Below are positions 30,068 to 39,959 of a stretch of 64,000 bases of DNA, one piece after another. Under the pieces are notes generated by a model that saw only the letters and a list, made by a program, of their open reading frames with translations, was not told the origin of the DNA and made no database searches. The stretch covers positions 532 to 64,531 of the forward strand of contig CALJWR010000011.1 of NCBI GenBank assembly GCA_937976685.1, read 5' to 3'. The position numbers and the translations under genes are program-made. The first letter of the stretch is position 1; each line of letters starts with the position of its first letter. Source of the stretch: an uncultured Verrucomicrobiae bacterium. GTDB taxonomy: Bacteria; Verrucomicrobiota; Verrucomicrobiia; Limisphaerales; J093.

Positions 30068-31375
30068 TCACACGCCTTCGCCGAACAGATTGGCCAGGCG
30101 GGCGGCGAGCTTCCGGCGGGCGACCGAGTACGAGAAGTATTTGAGCGCGAGGTCGTAGTTCACGTACGCCCACTGCCGGCGCAGCTCGGCGGACTGGAGC
30201 GCCTCGCGGACTTGCTCGACCACCTCCCGCGTGACCAGTTGCGTCATCTCGATCGCCCGGAACCCCAGCGGGTCCAGGTCGCGTGCATAGACGGCGTACG
30301 TGTTCACGACGACCGGTTTGCCGAAGTAGATGGCTTCAAGAAAGGCGTTTCCAAAGCCCTCGTACAAACTCGGGTAGGTGACCAGGTCCGCATGGGGATA
30401 GATGTCGAACAATGTGTAAATCTTGCGTCCGGCAGCATCCCGCCCCCGGGTCTCGCCCACCCGGTCGGCGATGAAGCGGACGTCAATCCCGGCGTCGGCG
30501 ATTCGGTCGTGGAGCATTTGCATGTAGGCGTTGCCCTCGTCGCCGGCCGGATGGGAAATGACGAGTTTGGCCCGCGGGTCACGCAGCCGACGCACCAGCT
30601 CGACCGCGTGCTCGATGCCCTTGCGCAACACCACGCGCGTCGGCTGCAGGATCAGCCAGTCGTCATCGCGCAAACCCAGTTCCCGGCGCAGGTCGCGATT
30701 GTAGTCATCCACGCCGGGGGGAGGCGTCTCGAAATCGAGGACGTTGGGGATGATCGCCGACGGCAGGCCGCAGCGGCGGGCCAGTTCCTTTTGCGCCATC
30801 GAATTGATCACCACGTGCTCGGTCCGCGGCGTGGCGCCCGGAAAGGCCGCGCGGAGGTAATCGTTCACGGCGCTGACCACGAACCGTTCCCGCTCCCACG
30901 CGAAGTCATGATGATGCGCGATCACCGGCAGCCCGGTCTCGTGAATGACCTCCGTCATCGCCAGCCCCAGCGGCACATGCATCGGAATGGCGAGGATGTT
31001 TTCCGGGATCAGCACATTGATGCGAAACTGCTCAACGAAACGGTACAACTCGTCCTTCAGCGCCTCTTTCACCCGCTGAATTGTGGTGGTGGTTTCGCGA
31101 CTGCGCGTCGTGCTGCCAAAGAGCCGGGCTTGCAGGGCGGAAACCTCCGGGTGCCCAAAGTACGCGAGCGGAGCTTCGACGCCGGTGTCCGGGGCGGCAT
31201 CCAGTTGACCGGCGAACCAGAAGCACGAGTGCCCCATGCCGGCCAGCAAGTGCGCCCACTTGCGAGCCTCCAGCGTGACGCCATCCGTGCCTGCAAAGCG
31301 GGTGGAAACCAAGCCGATCCGCTTGGGCGGCGTGGACGGCATCAATCCGGTGTTCATCGGCCGCGACGTTAGCAT
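30068..31375 (-). CDS. Family-4 (GT-B) glycosyltransferase
   Basis: RIGLVSTRFAGTDGVTLEARKW...; C-terminal YPSLYEGFGNAFLEAIYFGKPVV (E-x7-E region). Start is uncertain (31375, 31357 or 31432). Confidence 0.8.
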   Translation of the reverse strand: MLTSRPMNTGLMPSTPPKRIGLVSTRFAGTDGVTLEARKWAHLLAGMGHSCFWFAGQLDAAPDTGVEAPLAYFGHPEVSALQARLFGSTTRSRETTTTIQRVKEALKDELYRFVEQFRINVLIPENILAIPMHVPLGLAMTEVIHETGLPVIAHHHDFAWERERFVVSAVNDYLRAAFPGATPRTEHVVINSMAQKELARRCGLPSAIIPNVLDFETPPPGVDDYNRDLRRELGLRDDDWLILQPTRVVLRKGIEHAVELVRRLRDPRAKLVISHPAGDEGNAYMQMLHDRIADAGIDVRFIADRVGETRGRDAAGRKIYTLFDIYPHADLVTYPSLYEGFGNAFLEAIYFGKPVVVNTYAVYARDLDPLGFRAIEMTQLVTREVVEQVREALQSAELRRQWAYVNYDLALKYFSYSVARRKLAARLANLFGEGV

Positions 31376-31422
31376 CGCCTCCCTCCGCGTCGAGCCGCCG
31401 GCCCGCCGAAAGGGCCTGTTCT

Positions 31423-32475
31423 TCACGGCCATCGGGGCGCCAGCGGAAACCTCGCGAGGATGGCGGCGGTGGCCGCCGTCATGTCGGCGGCGTACCGGGC
31501 TTGGTCGCGCACGCGAAAACGCAGCACGGACTTGGCGTCCGGACCCGGGCCATATCGAACCACCGCGTCGTCGCTGATGGTCACGTCAACCGGATCGAAC
31601 CCGAAGGCGTTCCCGGCCGGCGCACCCTCCACCAGCAACCCCCGGAAGATGGCGGCACACCACAGGTTGCGCGTTTGCCGAAAGAGGGCTTCCTGACGCT
31701 TTGGGTCCACCGGTTGGCGGAGGAATTCAATCGGGTGGCCCGTTTCCTTCTCGAGGGCGTAGATGAAGAACTGAATGAGCTCCGGCGGGGCTGTGGACAG
31801 CAGGTCGGCGTGCGTCGCCCGCCAGAACGAGGCGTGGCCGTTGTTTCGCCACAGTCCACCATCGAAACAGGGCACCCAGCAGAGGTTCAAACCGGAGCGC
31901 ATCAGCCCCACGAACGCGTGCGGGTCAAGACCGACGTTGTATTCGCGGAAAGCGGAATCGGACGCCTCGCCGATGAAAAGCATGACCCGCCCGGCCCGCT
32001 GGCGGAAAAGTTCCGGATCGCGGTTGAAGGCGGCACACAGGTCGCGAACCGAACCCACGGCGATGAAATCCACCCGACCAGTGGCGGCGCGCAGCGTATC
32101 AAGGATGAACCCTACCCCACCCTGAAACTCGGCTGGCTGGTTTGTCCCCCTGTCGCCGGGGGAGACCAGCGGCGTCGCCAGTCCTTCAAAGACCGGAATG
32201 CCCCGGCCGGAGAGATGGTTGAGCTGGCTCACCGGGATGCGGCCGGGCTGAAGACGCTGCCGGGCCCCCTGATCCAGCACGATGCCGCGCAGGTCGAACT
32301 CCGGAATGGAATACACGGTGGCCAGATCAAAATGGTCGTCCGGGTCCTCGTGCGGATGGAACAGATCCGTGCAATAAATCAACGGGACACGACGGACAGG
32401 CGCCGCCCCGGCCTCCGCACTCGCATTGAGCGGCGAGAAGGCCAGGCTCAGGGCAAAAAATGTCGCCAGTTTCAC
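31423..32475 (-). CDS. Secreted nucleoside-hydrolase-like protein (tentative)
   Basis: Signal peptide (M)KLATFFALSLAFSPLNASA from GTG 32475. Acidic motif IYCTDLFHPHEDPDDHFD resembles the N-terminal Asp cluster of IU-nucleoside-hydrolase-like folds. Assignment is by eye only. Confidence 0.45.
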   Translation of the reverse strand: MKLATFFALSLAFSPLNASAEAGAAPVRRVPLIYCTDLFHPHEDPDDHFDLATVYSIPEFDLRGIVLDQGARQRLQPGRIPVSQLNHLSGRGIPVFEGLATPLVSPGDRGTNQPAEFQGGVGFILDTLRAATGRVDFIAVGSVRDLCAAFNRDPELFRQRAGRVMLFIGEASDSAFREYNVGLDPHAFVGLMRSGLNLCWVPCFDGGLWRNNGHASFWRATHADLLSTAPPELIQFFIYALEKETGHPIEFLRQPVDPKRQEALFRQTRNLWCAAIFRGLLVEGAPAGNAFGFDPVDVTISDDAVVRYGPGPDAKSVLRFRVRDQARYAADMTAATAAILARFPLAPRWP

Positions 32476-32477
32476 GA

Positions 32478-33254
32478 TCAATCCAGTCGAACCAACGAGT
32501 CAATCTCGCCGGCCCGGAAGCGAACCCCATCCACCTCCAGTTCGAGATCCGCAGCTTCAAGGTCCTCGAGGAAAAGCGGCGGATCGCACAGCACCAGCCG
32601 GCCGCGCAGACGAACCCCGTCGCGGAACCACACCTCGACTGAGTGATCCAGAGGCAGCGCCAGCTTTTTCGCCAACTCCATGAGAGCGGCCTGCCGCTGC
32701 GCCTGCCACGTCGCACAGCCGTCACCTGCCCCATCGTCGTTCAGAGCCAGCTCGAGTTGCGATGGGCCACCGCCCGCTGTTTGCGGCGACGAGCGGGCGG
32801 CCAGCCTCACCACCAGACTGCGAACGGTCTCCACCACTTCCGGCACCGACCTGGCCACCGCCGGCGAAAGGCCCTCTCCCACGCCCAGCTCTTGAACTCC
32901 AACCGTCACCATCCACGCGGGAGGCGTCCGATCGAAAACCGCCGCTGCCAGGGCCAGCAGCGAACGCGGGCTGGTCAGATGGCCCGCCGGCTCGTCCATC
33001 GCGGCCGCAGCCAAAGGACCAATCTGGATGGCGCCGGGCGGTGCGTTTAGCGTGGCGTCCACGAAGACGACCGCCCGCGCCCGGGAAATGGCGTCGGCGA
33101 GGTCCGGTGTCAATTGCTGCGGGGTCAGGACGCGCACCCAGGCAAAATCCAGTTGGCCAACCGCCCGGGCGACGGACGGCCCGAGGGCGTCGTCACGGCG
33201 CAGTTCATTGCCGTAGCCGATGAGCAGGACTGGGCCTTCGGTCGCGCTGGCCAT
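32478..33254 (-). CDS. hoxW: Hydrogenase maturation endopeptidase (HoxW-like) with a C-terminal extension of about 100 aa
   Basis: VLLIGYGNELRRDDALGPSVA...VVFVDA...HLTSP, the HyaD/HybD/HoxW protease pattern. ATG 33254 lies 22 nt after the hoxH stop, and the track start 33308 is also possible. Confidence 0.8.
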   Translation of the reverse strand: MASATEGPVLLIGYGNELRRDDALGPSVARAVGQLDFAWVRVLTPQQLTPDLADAISRARAVVFVDATLNAPPGAIQIGPLAAAAMDEPAGHLTSPRSLLALAAAVFDRTPPAWMVTVGVQELGVGEGLSPAVARSVPEVVETVRSLVVRLAARSSPQTAGGGPSQLELALNDDGAGDGCATWQAQRQAALMELAKKLALPLDHSVEVWFRDGVRLRGRLVLCDPPLFLEDLEAADLELEVDGVRFRAGEIDSLVRLD

Positions 33255-33276
33255 GGAGGACGCCGGAACGGGCACG

Positions 33277-34704
33277 TCAGCGGGCTGCGTGAGCGATGAT
33301 TCGTCCATCCGCGGCCACCAATTCGAAGTCCAAGCCCAGCCGCCCGTCCGCGTGCGTCGAACAGCTCAGGCAAGGATCGTAGCAACGAATGCCGGCTTCC
33401 ACCCGATTGAGCATCGGTTCGGGGATCTCCCCCGTCGTCGCCTGAATGTAGTGCCGGGCGATTTGGGCGACCGTCCGATTCATGGCCAGGTTGTTCTGGC
33501 CGGTGGCGATGATGAGGTTGACCCCGCGAATCAATCCCTCCTCGCTGACGTGATAGTGGTGAAGCAGGGTCCCCCGCGGCGCCTCGCTGGCCCCCACGCC
33601 TTCCAGATTGTTGATGCCGGCGTCCGCGCGCAGATGGCTGCCCAGCAGATCGGCGTCTTCCACCATCTGACCAATGCGCTCGATGGCTCCGAGGATTTCG
33701 ATCAAGCGGGCGTAATGGTAGAGGAACGATGAGTTCACCGCCCCGCGACCGTAACGCCGGAACCGCTCCAGTTCCGCATCCGCAAGCGGCGTGCCCATGC
33801 GCCGACAGACGTTCAAGCGGGCCAGCGGCCCAACGCGGTAGAGGCCGTCCGGATAACCCATCGGCTTGTAGAACGGCGATTTCAGGTACGAGTCAGATTC
33901 GACGGCTTCGCCGATCACCTCGCGATAGCGAGAGACTTCGACGTGGTCCGCGATGACATTGCCGCTGGCGTCCACGAACCGGAAGTGGCCGTCGTAGTGC
34001 TCCCACAGACCGTCGTCGTTTGCGAGTCCCATGAAGAGGGATGGGAAGTTGCCAAAGACCTGCGTCTCCCGCTCGTGCTTCTGAAGCACATCGCGGAACA
34101 ACTGGATTGCCGCCTGGGTCGAGGCCAGGGCCTCCGGCAGCCACGCCTTGATGCGTGCCCGCCCTTCTTCAGTGAGGGGTTCGCGCACGCCGCCGGGAAC
34201 CGCCCACGCCGGATGAATCTTGCGCCCGCCGAGGATCTCGATCACCTCCTGCCCAAACTGCCGCAAACGAATGCCGGCGCGAGCGAGGTCGGGATTGCGG
34301 GCCGCCAAACCGAAAACGTTCCGGCTGGCCGGTGGGGTTTCCCAGCCGAGCAGGAAATCCGGCGAACTGAGATGGAAAAAGCTCAAGGCATGGCTCTGGA
34401 CAATCTGGCCGAGATTCATCAAGCGCCGGAGTTTTGCCGCGGTGGGCGGAATGCTCACCGCCAGAATCGCATCGCACGCCTTGGCGGACGCCAGCAGATG
34501 GCTGACCGGGCAGATGCCACAGATGCGGGGCGTGATGCCGGGCATTTCGCCCAGCGGCCGGCCCTCGCAGAACTTCTCGAAGCCGCGGAACTCAACGACG
34601 TGGAATTTCGCGTCGGCGACGTTTCCGGCGTCGTCGAGAAAGATGCTGATCTTGGCATGCCCCTCGATGCGGGTCACGGGGTCAATGACGACTCTTCGGG
34701 TCAT
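33277..34704 (-). CDS. hoxH: Bidirectional NAD-coupled [NiFe]-hydrogenase large subunit HoxH (group 3d)
   Basis: [17 protein letters not shown]-terminal [11 protein letters not shown]-terminal [10 protein letters not shown] followed by a 23-aa extension. ATG 34704. Confidence 0.92.
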   Translation of the reverse strand: MTRRVVIDPVTRIEGHAKISIFLDDAGNVADAKFHVVEFRGFEKFCEGRPLGEMPGITPRICGICPVSHLLASAKACDAILAVSIPPTAAKLRRLMNLGQIVQSHALSFFHLSSPDFLLGWETPPASRNVFGLAARNPDLARAGIRLRQFGQEVIEILGGRKIHPAWAVPGGVREPLTEEGRARIKAWLPEALASTQAAIQLFRDVLQKHERETQVFGNFPSLFMGLANDDGLWEHYDGHFRFVDASGNVIADHVEVSRYREVIGEAVESDSYLKSPFYKPMGYPDGLYRVGPLARLNVCRRMGTPLADAELERFRRYGRGAVNSSFLYHYARLIEILGAIERIGQMVEDADLLGSHLRADAGINNLEGVGASEAPRGTLLHHYHVSEEGLIRGVNLIIATGQNNLAMNRTVAQIARHYIQATTGEIPEPMLNRVEAGIRCYDPCLSCSTHADGRLGLDFELVAADGRIIAHAAR

Positions 34705-34814
34705 AGGAGCAAAGGGCGAGGGGCGCGACCTGGCGGGCAACCAGGCGGGGCCGGCCAAGCTGTCGCCTGGCAGGGTCACGCGTGGCGCCACCGATGTCGG
34801 ATAGCGGGGTCATC

Positions 34815-35357
34815 TCAGCCGGGTTTGATAAGGCCACCGTTGAGTCGCGGCTCGCGTCCCTCGACCAATTGGCTCAGGAGCGTGCGGATGCGCTCCGCCG
34901 GCGGCGGACAACCGGGAAGGTAGTACTCGACGGGGACGATTTCATGCACGGCCGCCACCCGGTCGAGCAACGTGGGAACGATCCCCGGCTCTGCCGGGAT
35001 GCGGGGCAACACATCGGCGAGCTCGACGTAAGCCCGCTTGAGCACCGGCTCGGTCTTGCGCAGCGGATTGCGCATCGCCGTCACGTTCCCCGTGACGGCG
35101 CAATCCCCGAAGGAGACGAGCACGTGGGTGCGTTCGCGGATGCGATGAACCAATTCCAGGTTGTCATGGTTCGCGACCGCCCCCTCGATCAGGCACAGGT
35201 CCACGTTATCCGGGTACACCTTGTGGTCCACGATCGGGCTGTACACCAGGTCGACGCGGGCGGCGAGCTCGAGCAGCCACTCGTCGAGGTCGAGGAACGA
35301 CATGTGGCAGCCGGAACAGCCGCCCAACCAAACCGTGGCCAGTCTCAGACGATCCAT
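34815..35357 (-). CDS. hoxY: Bidirectional [NiFe]-hydrogenase small subunit HoxY
   Basis: ATVWLGGCSGCHMSFLDLDE...FGDCA...YLPGCPP. ATG 35357 lies inside track ORF 34815..35957. Confidence 0.9.
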   Translation of the reverse strand: MDRLRLATVWLGGCSGCHMSFLDLDEWLLELAARVDLVYSPIVDHKVYPDNVDLCLIEGAVANHDNLELVHRIRERTHVLVSFGDCAVTGNVTAMRNPLRKTEPVLKRAYVELADVLPRIPAEPGIVPTLLDRVAAVHEIVPVEYYLPGCPPPAERIRTLLSQLVEGREPRLNGGLIKPG

Positions 35358-36061
35358 TGCTTCTTCTCCCGGGCAGTGACGATGTATTCGAGGTGGCCGC
35401 GATCCCGTTCCATTTCGGCCACCGTGACGCCCCGATAGAAGAGGGCGCCCGTGGGACAGGCCATCACGCACTTCCCGCAGGAGGTGCAGGTGGTCGAGTC
35501 GCCCCATGGCGCGTTCAAGTCGGTGATGATCTTCGACTTTTCTCCCCGACCGGCGACGTTGAGCGTCCCCGCGCCCTCGATGTACCAACAAGTGCGGACG
35601 CAGCGGGTGCAGAGGACACACCGATTGTGGTCCATGCCGAACAGGCGGTGCGAGAGATCCACGTCCAGCCGGGGGTGCTGGTAATCGAACCGGACGTGAT
35701 CCATGCCCACGGACACGGCGAGATTCTGCAACTCGCAGTGGCCATTGGCGACACAGACGGCGCAAACGTGATTGCGTTCGGCAAAAAGAAGCTCGACCAC
35801 CATGCGCCGGTAGCGCTGCAGGCGTTCGCTGCTGGTGCGGACCTCCCAGCCTTCGGTCACCTTGGTGACGCAGGCCGGCAAAAGCTTGTTGATCCCTGTC
35901 ACCTCGACCAGGCATAGCCGGCACGCGCCCACGTCCTGGACGCCCTCGAGGTGGCACAGCGTCGGAATGTGGATCCCCGCATCCCGCGCGGCTTCGAGAA
36001 TGGTCTGGTCTTCGGCCGCGCCCACCATCTGGCCGTCTATTGTCAGGGTCTTGGCTGCCAT
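35345..36061 (-). CDS. hoxU: Diaphorase Fe-S subunit HoxU (NuoG N-terminal-like)
   Basis: 2Fe-2S CHLEGVQDVGACRLC, and 4Fe-4S motifs CVLCTRCVRTC and CTSCGKCVMACP. Confidence 0.9.
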   Translation of the reverse strand: MAAKTLTIDGQMVGAAEDQTILEAARDAGIHIPTLCHLEGVQDVGACRLCLVEVTGINKLLPACVTKVTEGWEVRTSSERLQRYRRMVVELLFAERNHVCAVCVANGHCELQNLAVSVGMDHVRFDYQHPRLDVDLSHRLFGMDHNRCVLCTRCVRTCWYIEGAGTLNVAGRGEKSKIITDLNAPWGDSTTCTSCGKCVMACPTGALFYRGVTVAEMERDRGHLEYIVTAREKKQWIV

Positions 36062-36077
36062 GGGAGTCCTTTCGCGT

Positions 36078-37712
36078 TCAGAAGATGCCCGTGGCCGGCG
36101 CGGCGGCCGACGGTTGTTTGGGGGCAGGCTGGAGCAGTTCCAGATACTCGTTCCGAAAATAGCGCAACGTGCTCAGCACGGGGTTCGGCGCGGTCTGCCC
36201 CAGGCCGCACAGGCTGGTGTTCTTGACCATGTCGCATAACTCCTCGAGCTTGGCGAGGTCGCGGGACGTGGCCTTGCGATCCATGACCTTGCGGAGCAGG
36301 TGGTGCATCTGCACGGTGCCGGCGCGGCAGGGCACGCACTTGCCGCACGATTCATCCATGCAGAACTCCATGAAGAATCGGGCCACATCCACCATGTTGG
36401 TCGTCTGATCCATGACGATCATGCCGCCCGAACCCATGATCGAGCCGAGTTTGGCCAGCGACTCGTAGTCCACCGGGGTGTCCAGCTGCGAGGCGGGAAT
36501 GCAGCCGCCGGATGGCCCGCCCGTTTGCACCGCTTTGATTTGGCCGCCTTCCGGGGCGCCGCCCCCCATCTCCTCGACGATCGTCCGCAACGGCGTGCCC
36601 ATGGGCACCTCAATCAAGCCGGTGTTGGTGATCTTGCCCGCCAGCGCGAAGACTTTGGTGCCCTTGCTTCGTTCCGTCCCGATGCCGGCGAACCACTCGC
36701 CCCCCTTCAACGCGATCGGCGGGATGTTGGCAAAGGTCTCCACGTTGTTGATGAGGGTGGGATGTCCCCACAGGCCGCTCTCGGCCGGGAATGGCGGGCG
36801 CGGACGCGGCTGGCCGCGACGCCCCTCGATGGACGCCATGAGCGCGGTTTCCTCGCCGCAGACAAACGCGCCGGCACCGATGCGGATTTCAATGTTGAAA
36901 TTGAACGGCGATTCAAACACTCCGCTGCCGAGCAGTCCGTACTGTTTGGCCTGCCGGATGGCCGTTTGCAGTCGTTGGATGGCCAGCGGGTATTCCGCAC
37001 GCACGTAGATGAATCCCTGGTCCGCGCCGACCGCATAGGCGGCGATGATCATGCCCTCGATCACGCGGTGCGGGTCGCTTTCGAGCACGCTGCGATCCAT
37101 GAACGCGCCCGGGTCCCCTTCGTCAGCGTTGCAGATCACAAACTTCCGGCTGCTGGTGGTCTTGGCCACCGTGGCCCATTTCAGGCCGGTCGGATACCCG
37201 GCGCCTCCCCGCCCGCGCAAGCCACTGCGGGTCACAAGTTGCACGACCTCCTGCGGTGTCATCTCCCGCAATACGTTGCGGAGGGCCAGATAGCCGTCGG
37301 CGGCGATGTACGATTCGATGCGATCCGGATCCACCAGGCCACAATTCTCAAGCACAATGGAGAGCTGGTGTTTGAAGAACGGCGCGGTGAGGTCGCCCTG
37401 CTTGAGCTGGCTCGGAACGCCCTTCACCGTGGCGACCAGGGCGTCACAATCAGCGGGAGCCACCTTCTCGAACAACACTTCAGCCGGATCCACGGCAACG
37501 AGCGGCCCCTCGCAGCACAGACGCATGCAGCCCACCCCGCGGACTTCCACTTCGTTCTCCAGGCCGGCCTCCTTGACCGCCCGATCGAGTGCGTCCTTGA
37601 CCGCCTGCGCGTTCGAGGAGACGCAGCCGGCCGCCAGACAGCACCGCAGGGTGAACTTCTTGCGGCTGGCGAGTTCCTGCTCCTTGATCTGGACAAGTTC
37701 CTCAAGAACCAT
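36078..37712 (-). CDS. hoxF: Diaphorase NAD(H)/FMN-binding subunit HoxF (NuoF-like)
   Basis: [39 protein letters not shown]. Confidence 0.92.
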   Translation of the reverse strand: MVLEELVQIKEQELASRKKFTLRCCLAAGCVSSNAQAVKDALDRAVKEAGLENEVEVRGVGCMRLCCEGPLVAVDPAEVLFEKVAPADCDALVATVKGVPSQLKQGDLTAPFFKHQLSIVLENCGLVDPDRIESYIAADGYLALRNVLREMTPQEVVQLVTRSGLRGRGGAGYPTGLKWATVAKTTSSRKFVICNADEGDPGAFMDRSVLESDPHRVIEGMIIAAYAVGADQGFIYVRAEYPLAIQRLQTAIRQAKQYGLLGSGVFESPFNFNIEIRIGAGAFVCGEETALMASIEGRRGQPRPRPPFPAESGLWGHPTLINNVETFANIPPIALKGGEWFAGIGTERSKGTKVFALAGKITNTGLIEVPMGTPLRTIVEEMGGGAPEGGQIKAVQTGGPSGGCIPASQLDTPVDYESLAKLGSIMGSGGMIVMDQTTNMVDVARFFMEFCMDESCGKCVPCRAGTVQMHHLLRKVMDRKATSRDLAKLEELCDMVKNTSLCGLGQTAPNPVLSTLRYFRNEYLELLQPAPKQPSAAAPATGIF

Positions 37713-38232
37713 GGCGCAACCATCCTTTCACGATTTCGAGCGCGCTTTCAGGGGTCTGTCGCGCGGTGACGACCCCGTCGTAAACCACCGCTGGCGCAAT
37801 GCCGCAAGCCCCGATGCACCGGGCGGTGGCCAGCGAAAACTTCCCATCCTCCGTTGTTTCACCGGCCTTGATGCCAAACTCCTCCTCCAGCGCGGCCACC
37901 ACCTTGTCCGCCCCTTTCACGTAGCAGGCGGTGCCCATGCAGATCACGCAGGAATGGGCGCCTTTCGGTTTGAGGTTGAAGAAATGGTAGAAGGTCGCGA
38001 CCCCGAAGACGCGGCTGGGCGGCAGCCGGAGATGGTGCGCGATGTGCCGCATCAGGTCGTGATCGAGGAACCCGAACAACTCCTGCGCCCGGTGGAGCAC
38101 TTCGATCAAGGCATCCTGCCGATACTGGAAACGCTTCATCTGCGTCTCCAAAATCTTGTACCGCTTGTCGCCCGCGGCTGTTGGCGGGGTCGAAGCGCTG
38201 ACCCGGTTTCTTGACTTCGCGAGTATCATCAC
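37702..38232 (-). CDS. hoxE: Diaphorase 2Fe-2S subunit HoxE (NuoE-like)
   Basis: [36 protein letters not shown]...[10 protein letters not shown]...CIGACGIAP. Confidence 0.9.
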   Translation of the reverse strand: MMILAKSRNRVSASTPPTAAGDKRYKILETQMKRFQYRQDALIEVLHRAQELFGFLDHDLMRHIAHHLRLPPSRVFGVATFYHFFNLKPKGAHSCVICMGTACYVKGADKVVAALEEEFGIKAGETTEDGKFSLATARCIGACGIAPAVVYDGVVTARQTPESALEIVKGWLRHGS

Positions 38233-38393
38233 GATCGAAATCGCCGGCCAATGGGGTGGACGGTGGTGTTTCTGGTCAACGCACCGCGTCCCGAAAACCG
38301 GTCAAAGACTGCCGCGCCCGCCGAACCTTGGCTCCACCAGAATTGCCATTTGCTGCGCCTCTTTTGTCCCAGCCGGCATCGGCGGGGCGGGCG

Positions 38394-38930
38394 TCACACC
38401 GGTTCGATCTTCTTGTACACCACCATCTCGCCCTGCCCCTCCAGATCGGCGGGGTGGTAGCGCGGGATCGGCAGTTCGGTCTGTTTGAACTGCACGGGCG
38501 CGGTCTTCTTGTCCACCAGGTCCAAGGCCACGGCCACGCCGTAAATGATTGCCTCGGGCCGCGGCGGGCAGCCGGGGATGTAGTAGTTCACCGGGATGAG
38601 CTTCTCGACCGGTCCGAGCACCGAGTAGCTGTCGAACCAGATGCCGCCGCCGCAGGCGCAGGAGCCGATGGCGAACACGAGCTTCGGAGCGGGCATCGCT
38701 TCGTAAGCCCGCTGAAGCGCCTTTGCGGTGGAGCGCATGGCCGGGCCCTGACAGAGCATCACGTCAGCATGGCGCGGCGACCCTACGAGTTTGATGCCGA
38801 ACCGTTCGGCGTCGTAGTAGGGCGTGAGGACGTTCAATACCTCGATGTCGCACCCGTTGCACCCGCCGCTGTTGGCATGATAGACCCACAGCGACCGGCC
38901 GAACATTTTCTGGCAGAGATTCTTTAACAT
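38394..38930 (-). CDS. Group-4 [NiFe]-hydrogenase small subunit (HycG/EchC/NuoB-like)
   Basis: SGGCNGCDIE...GSCACGGG...IPGCPPRPEAI. Confidence 0.9.
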   Translation of the reverse strand: MLKNLCQKMFGRSLWVYHANSGGCNGCDIEVLNVLTPYYDAERFGIKLVGSPRHADVMLCQGPAMRSTAKALQRAYEAMPAPKLVFAIGSCACGGGIWFDSYSVLGPVEKLIPVNYYIPGCPPRPEAIIYGVAVALDLVDKKTAPVQFKQTELPIPRYHPADLEGQGEMVVYKKIEPV

Positions 38931-38933
38931 GAG

Positions 38934-39424
38934 TGCCCGCTAAACACGCCAAATATGCGAAAAAGGTGCAGCTTCATTGTTCAGTCTTGGAGCGTTGCGC
39001 CCTTGGCCTTCTGGTGTTCACGATGCGCTCGTATTGCAGACCGGGGTACTGGCCACAGTTCCCCAGCAGACCACGCTGGAAACCGGCTGCGTTGGGGTAG
39101 TTGAGAACCTGTGCCCGGTGTTCATCTGTCAGCTCGGACACCGCCTTGAGTTCAGGGATTATCTTGCCGTGGCAGATGAAGTCCGGCTCGTACTTGCGCT
39201 GCAATACACGCCCGCGATAGCTCAACTCCAGCGTGGGTTTCGGTACTGCCGGTAGTTTGAGGTGCTCGAACTCGATCTCCATGCATTCCTGATAAACCGG
39301 CTCAAAGAAACCGCAGCCTTTGTCCCGATAGACGTTGAAGCACCCGCCGATAATCGCATAGCTCTCCTCTTTGTAGATGAGTTCTTCGTCGTTCATTTCG
39401 TGTGTTTTGCGTGTTTAGCGGGCA
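38934..39424. mobile_element. IR-bounded 491-bp cassette carrying a GxxExxY gene, filling the hycF-like/hycG-like intergenic gap
   Basis: Perfect 16-bp terminal inverted repeats: tgcccgctaaacacgc (38934-38949) and gcgtgtttagcgggca (39409-39424). The interior is visibly lower in GC than the flanks. Confidence 0.6.
38974..39396 (-). CDS. GxxExxY protein (PD-(D/E)XK nuclease-like family)
   Basis: 140 aa with GFFEPVY (the GxxExxY motif), YEPDFICHGKIIPELKAV and HRAQVLNY. Confidence 0.85.
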   Translation of the reverse strand: MNDEELIYKEESYAIIGGCFNVYRDKGCGFFEPVYQECMEIEFEHLKLPAVPKPTLELSYRGRVLQRKYEPDFICHGKIIPELKAVSELTDEHRAQVLNYPNAAGFQRGLLGNCGQYPGLQYERIVNTRRPRAQRSKTEQ

Positions 39425-39425
39425 A

Positions 39426-39950
39426 TTAATCCAGTTCGATCTTCACATCATCCACCGCCGCTTCCTCGGTCAGGTAAGCCTTCGAGCGAAAGATCCACCG
39501 TTCGTTGGCCAAGTCATCGAAGCGGTAGCCCTTCAATTTGAGTTGTTCCAGCGGCGAGGGTTCCTTGAAGCAACGTCCGCAGCGCTGGCAGGTGCTCATG
39601 AACAGATCAAGCTTCTGCTGGATGTCGCCAATCGAGTTCGTCGCGTTCTCGAACTCGTGGCTCATGGTGATGGCCTTCTCCGGGCAGACATCGGCGCAAC
39701 GACCGCAATAGGTGCAGCGGCGGCCGAGGTATTTCAGGATGCGGACCTCCTGGCACACGTCGAACACGAGGATCTCGCGCGCCGGACAGTTGTTCGCGCA
39801 GCCCGCGCAACCGATGCACTTGGCGGCGTCGAAGATGGGCCGCCCGCGGAACCTCGGCGGCACCGGCTGCGTTTGCGCCGGATACGGCAAGGTCACGCGG
39901 CCCGCCTTCAGGCAGACCACGGCTTCTTTGAGTTTGCTTAGGAGAGACAT
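39426..39950 (-). CDS. Group-4 hydrogenase 2x[4Fe-4S] ferredoxin subunit (HycF/NuoI-like)
   Basis: CIGCAGCANNCP and CTYCGRCADVCP. Confidence 0.85.
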   Translation of the reverse strand: MSLLSKLKEAVVCLKAGRVTLPYPAQTQPVPPRFRGRPIFDAAKCIGCAGCANNCPAREILVFDVCQEVRILKYLGRRCTYCGRCADVCPEKAITMSHEFENATNSIGDIQQKLDLFMSTCQRCGRCFKEPSPLEQLKLKGYRFDDLANERWIFRSKAYLTEEAAVDDVKIELD

Positions 39951-39959
39951 CGTGACGTC

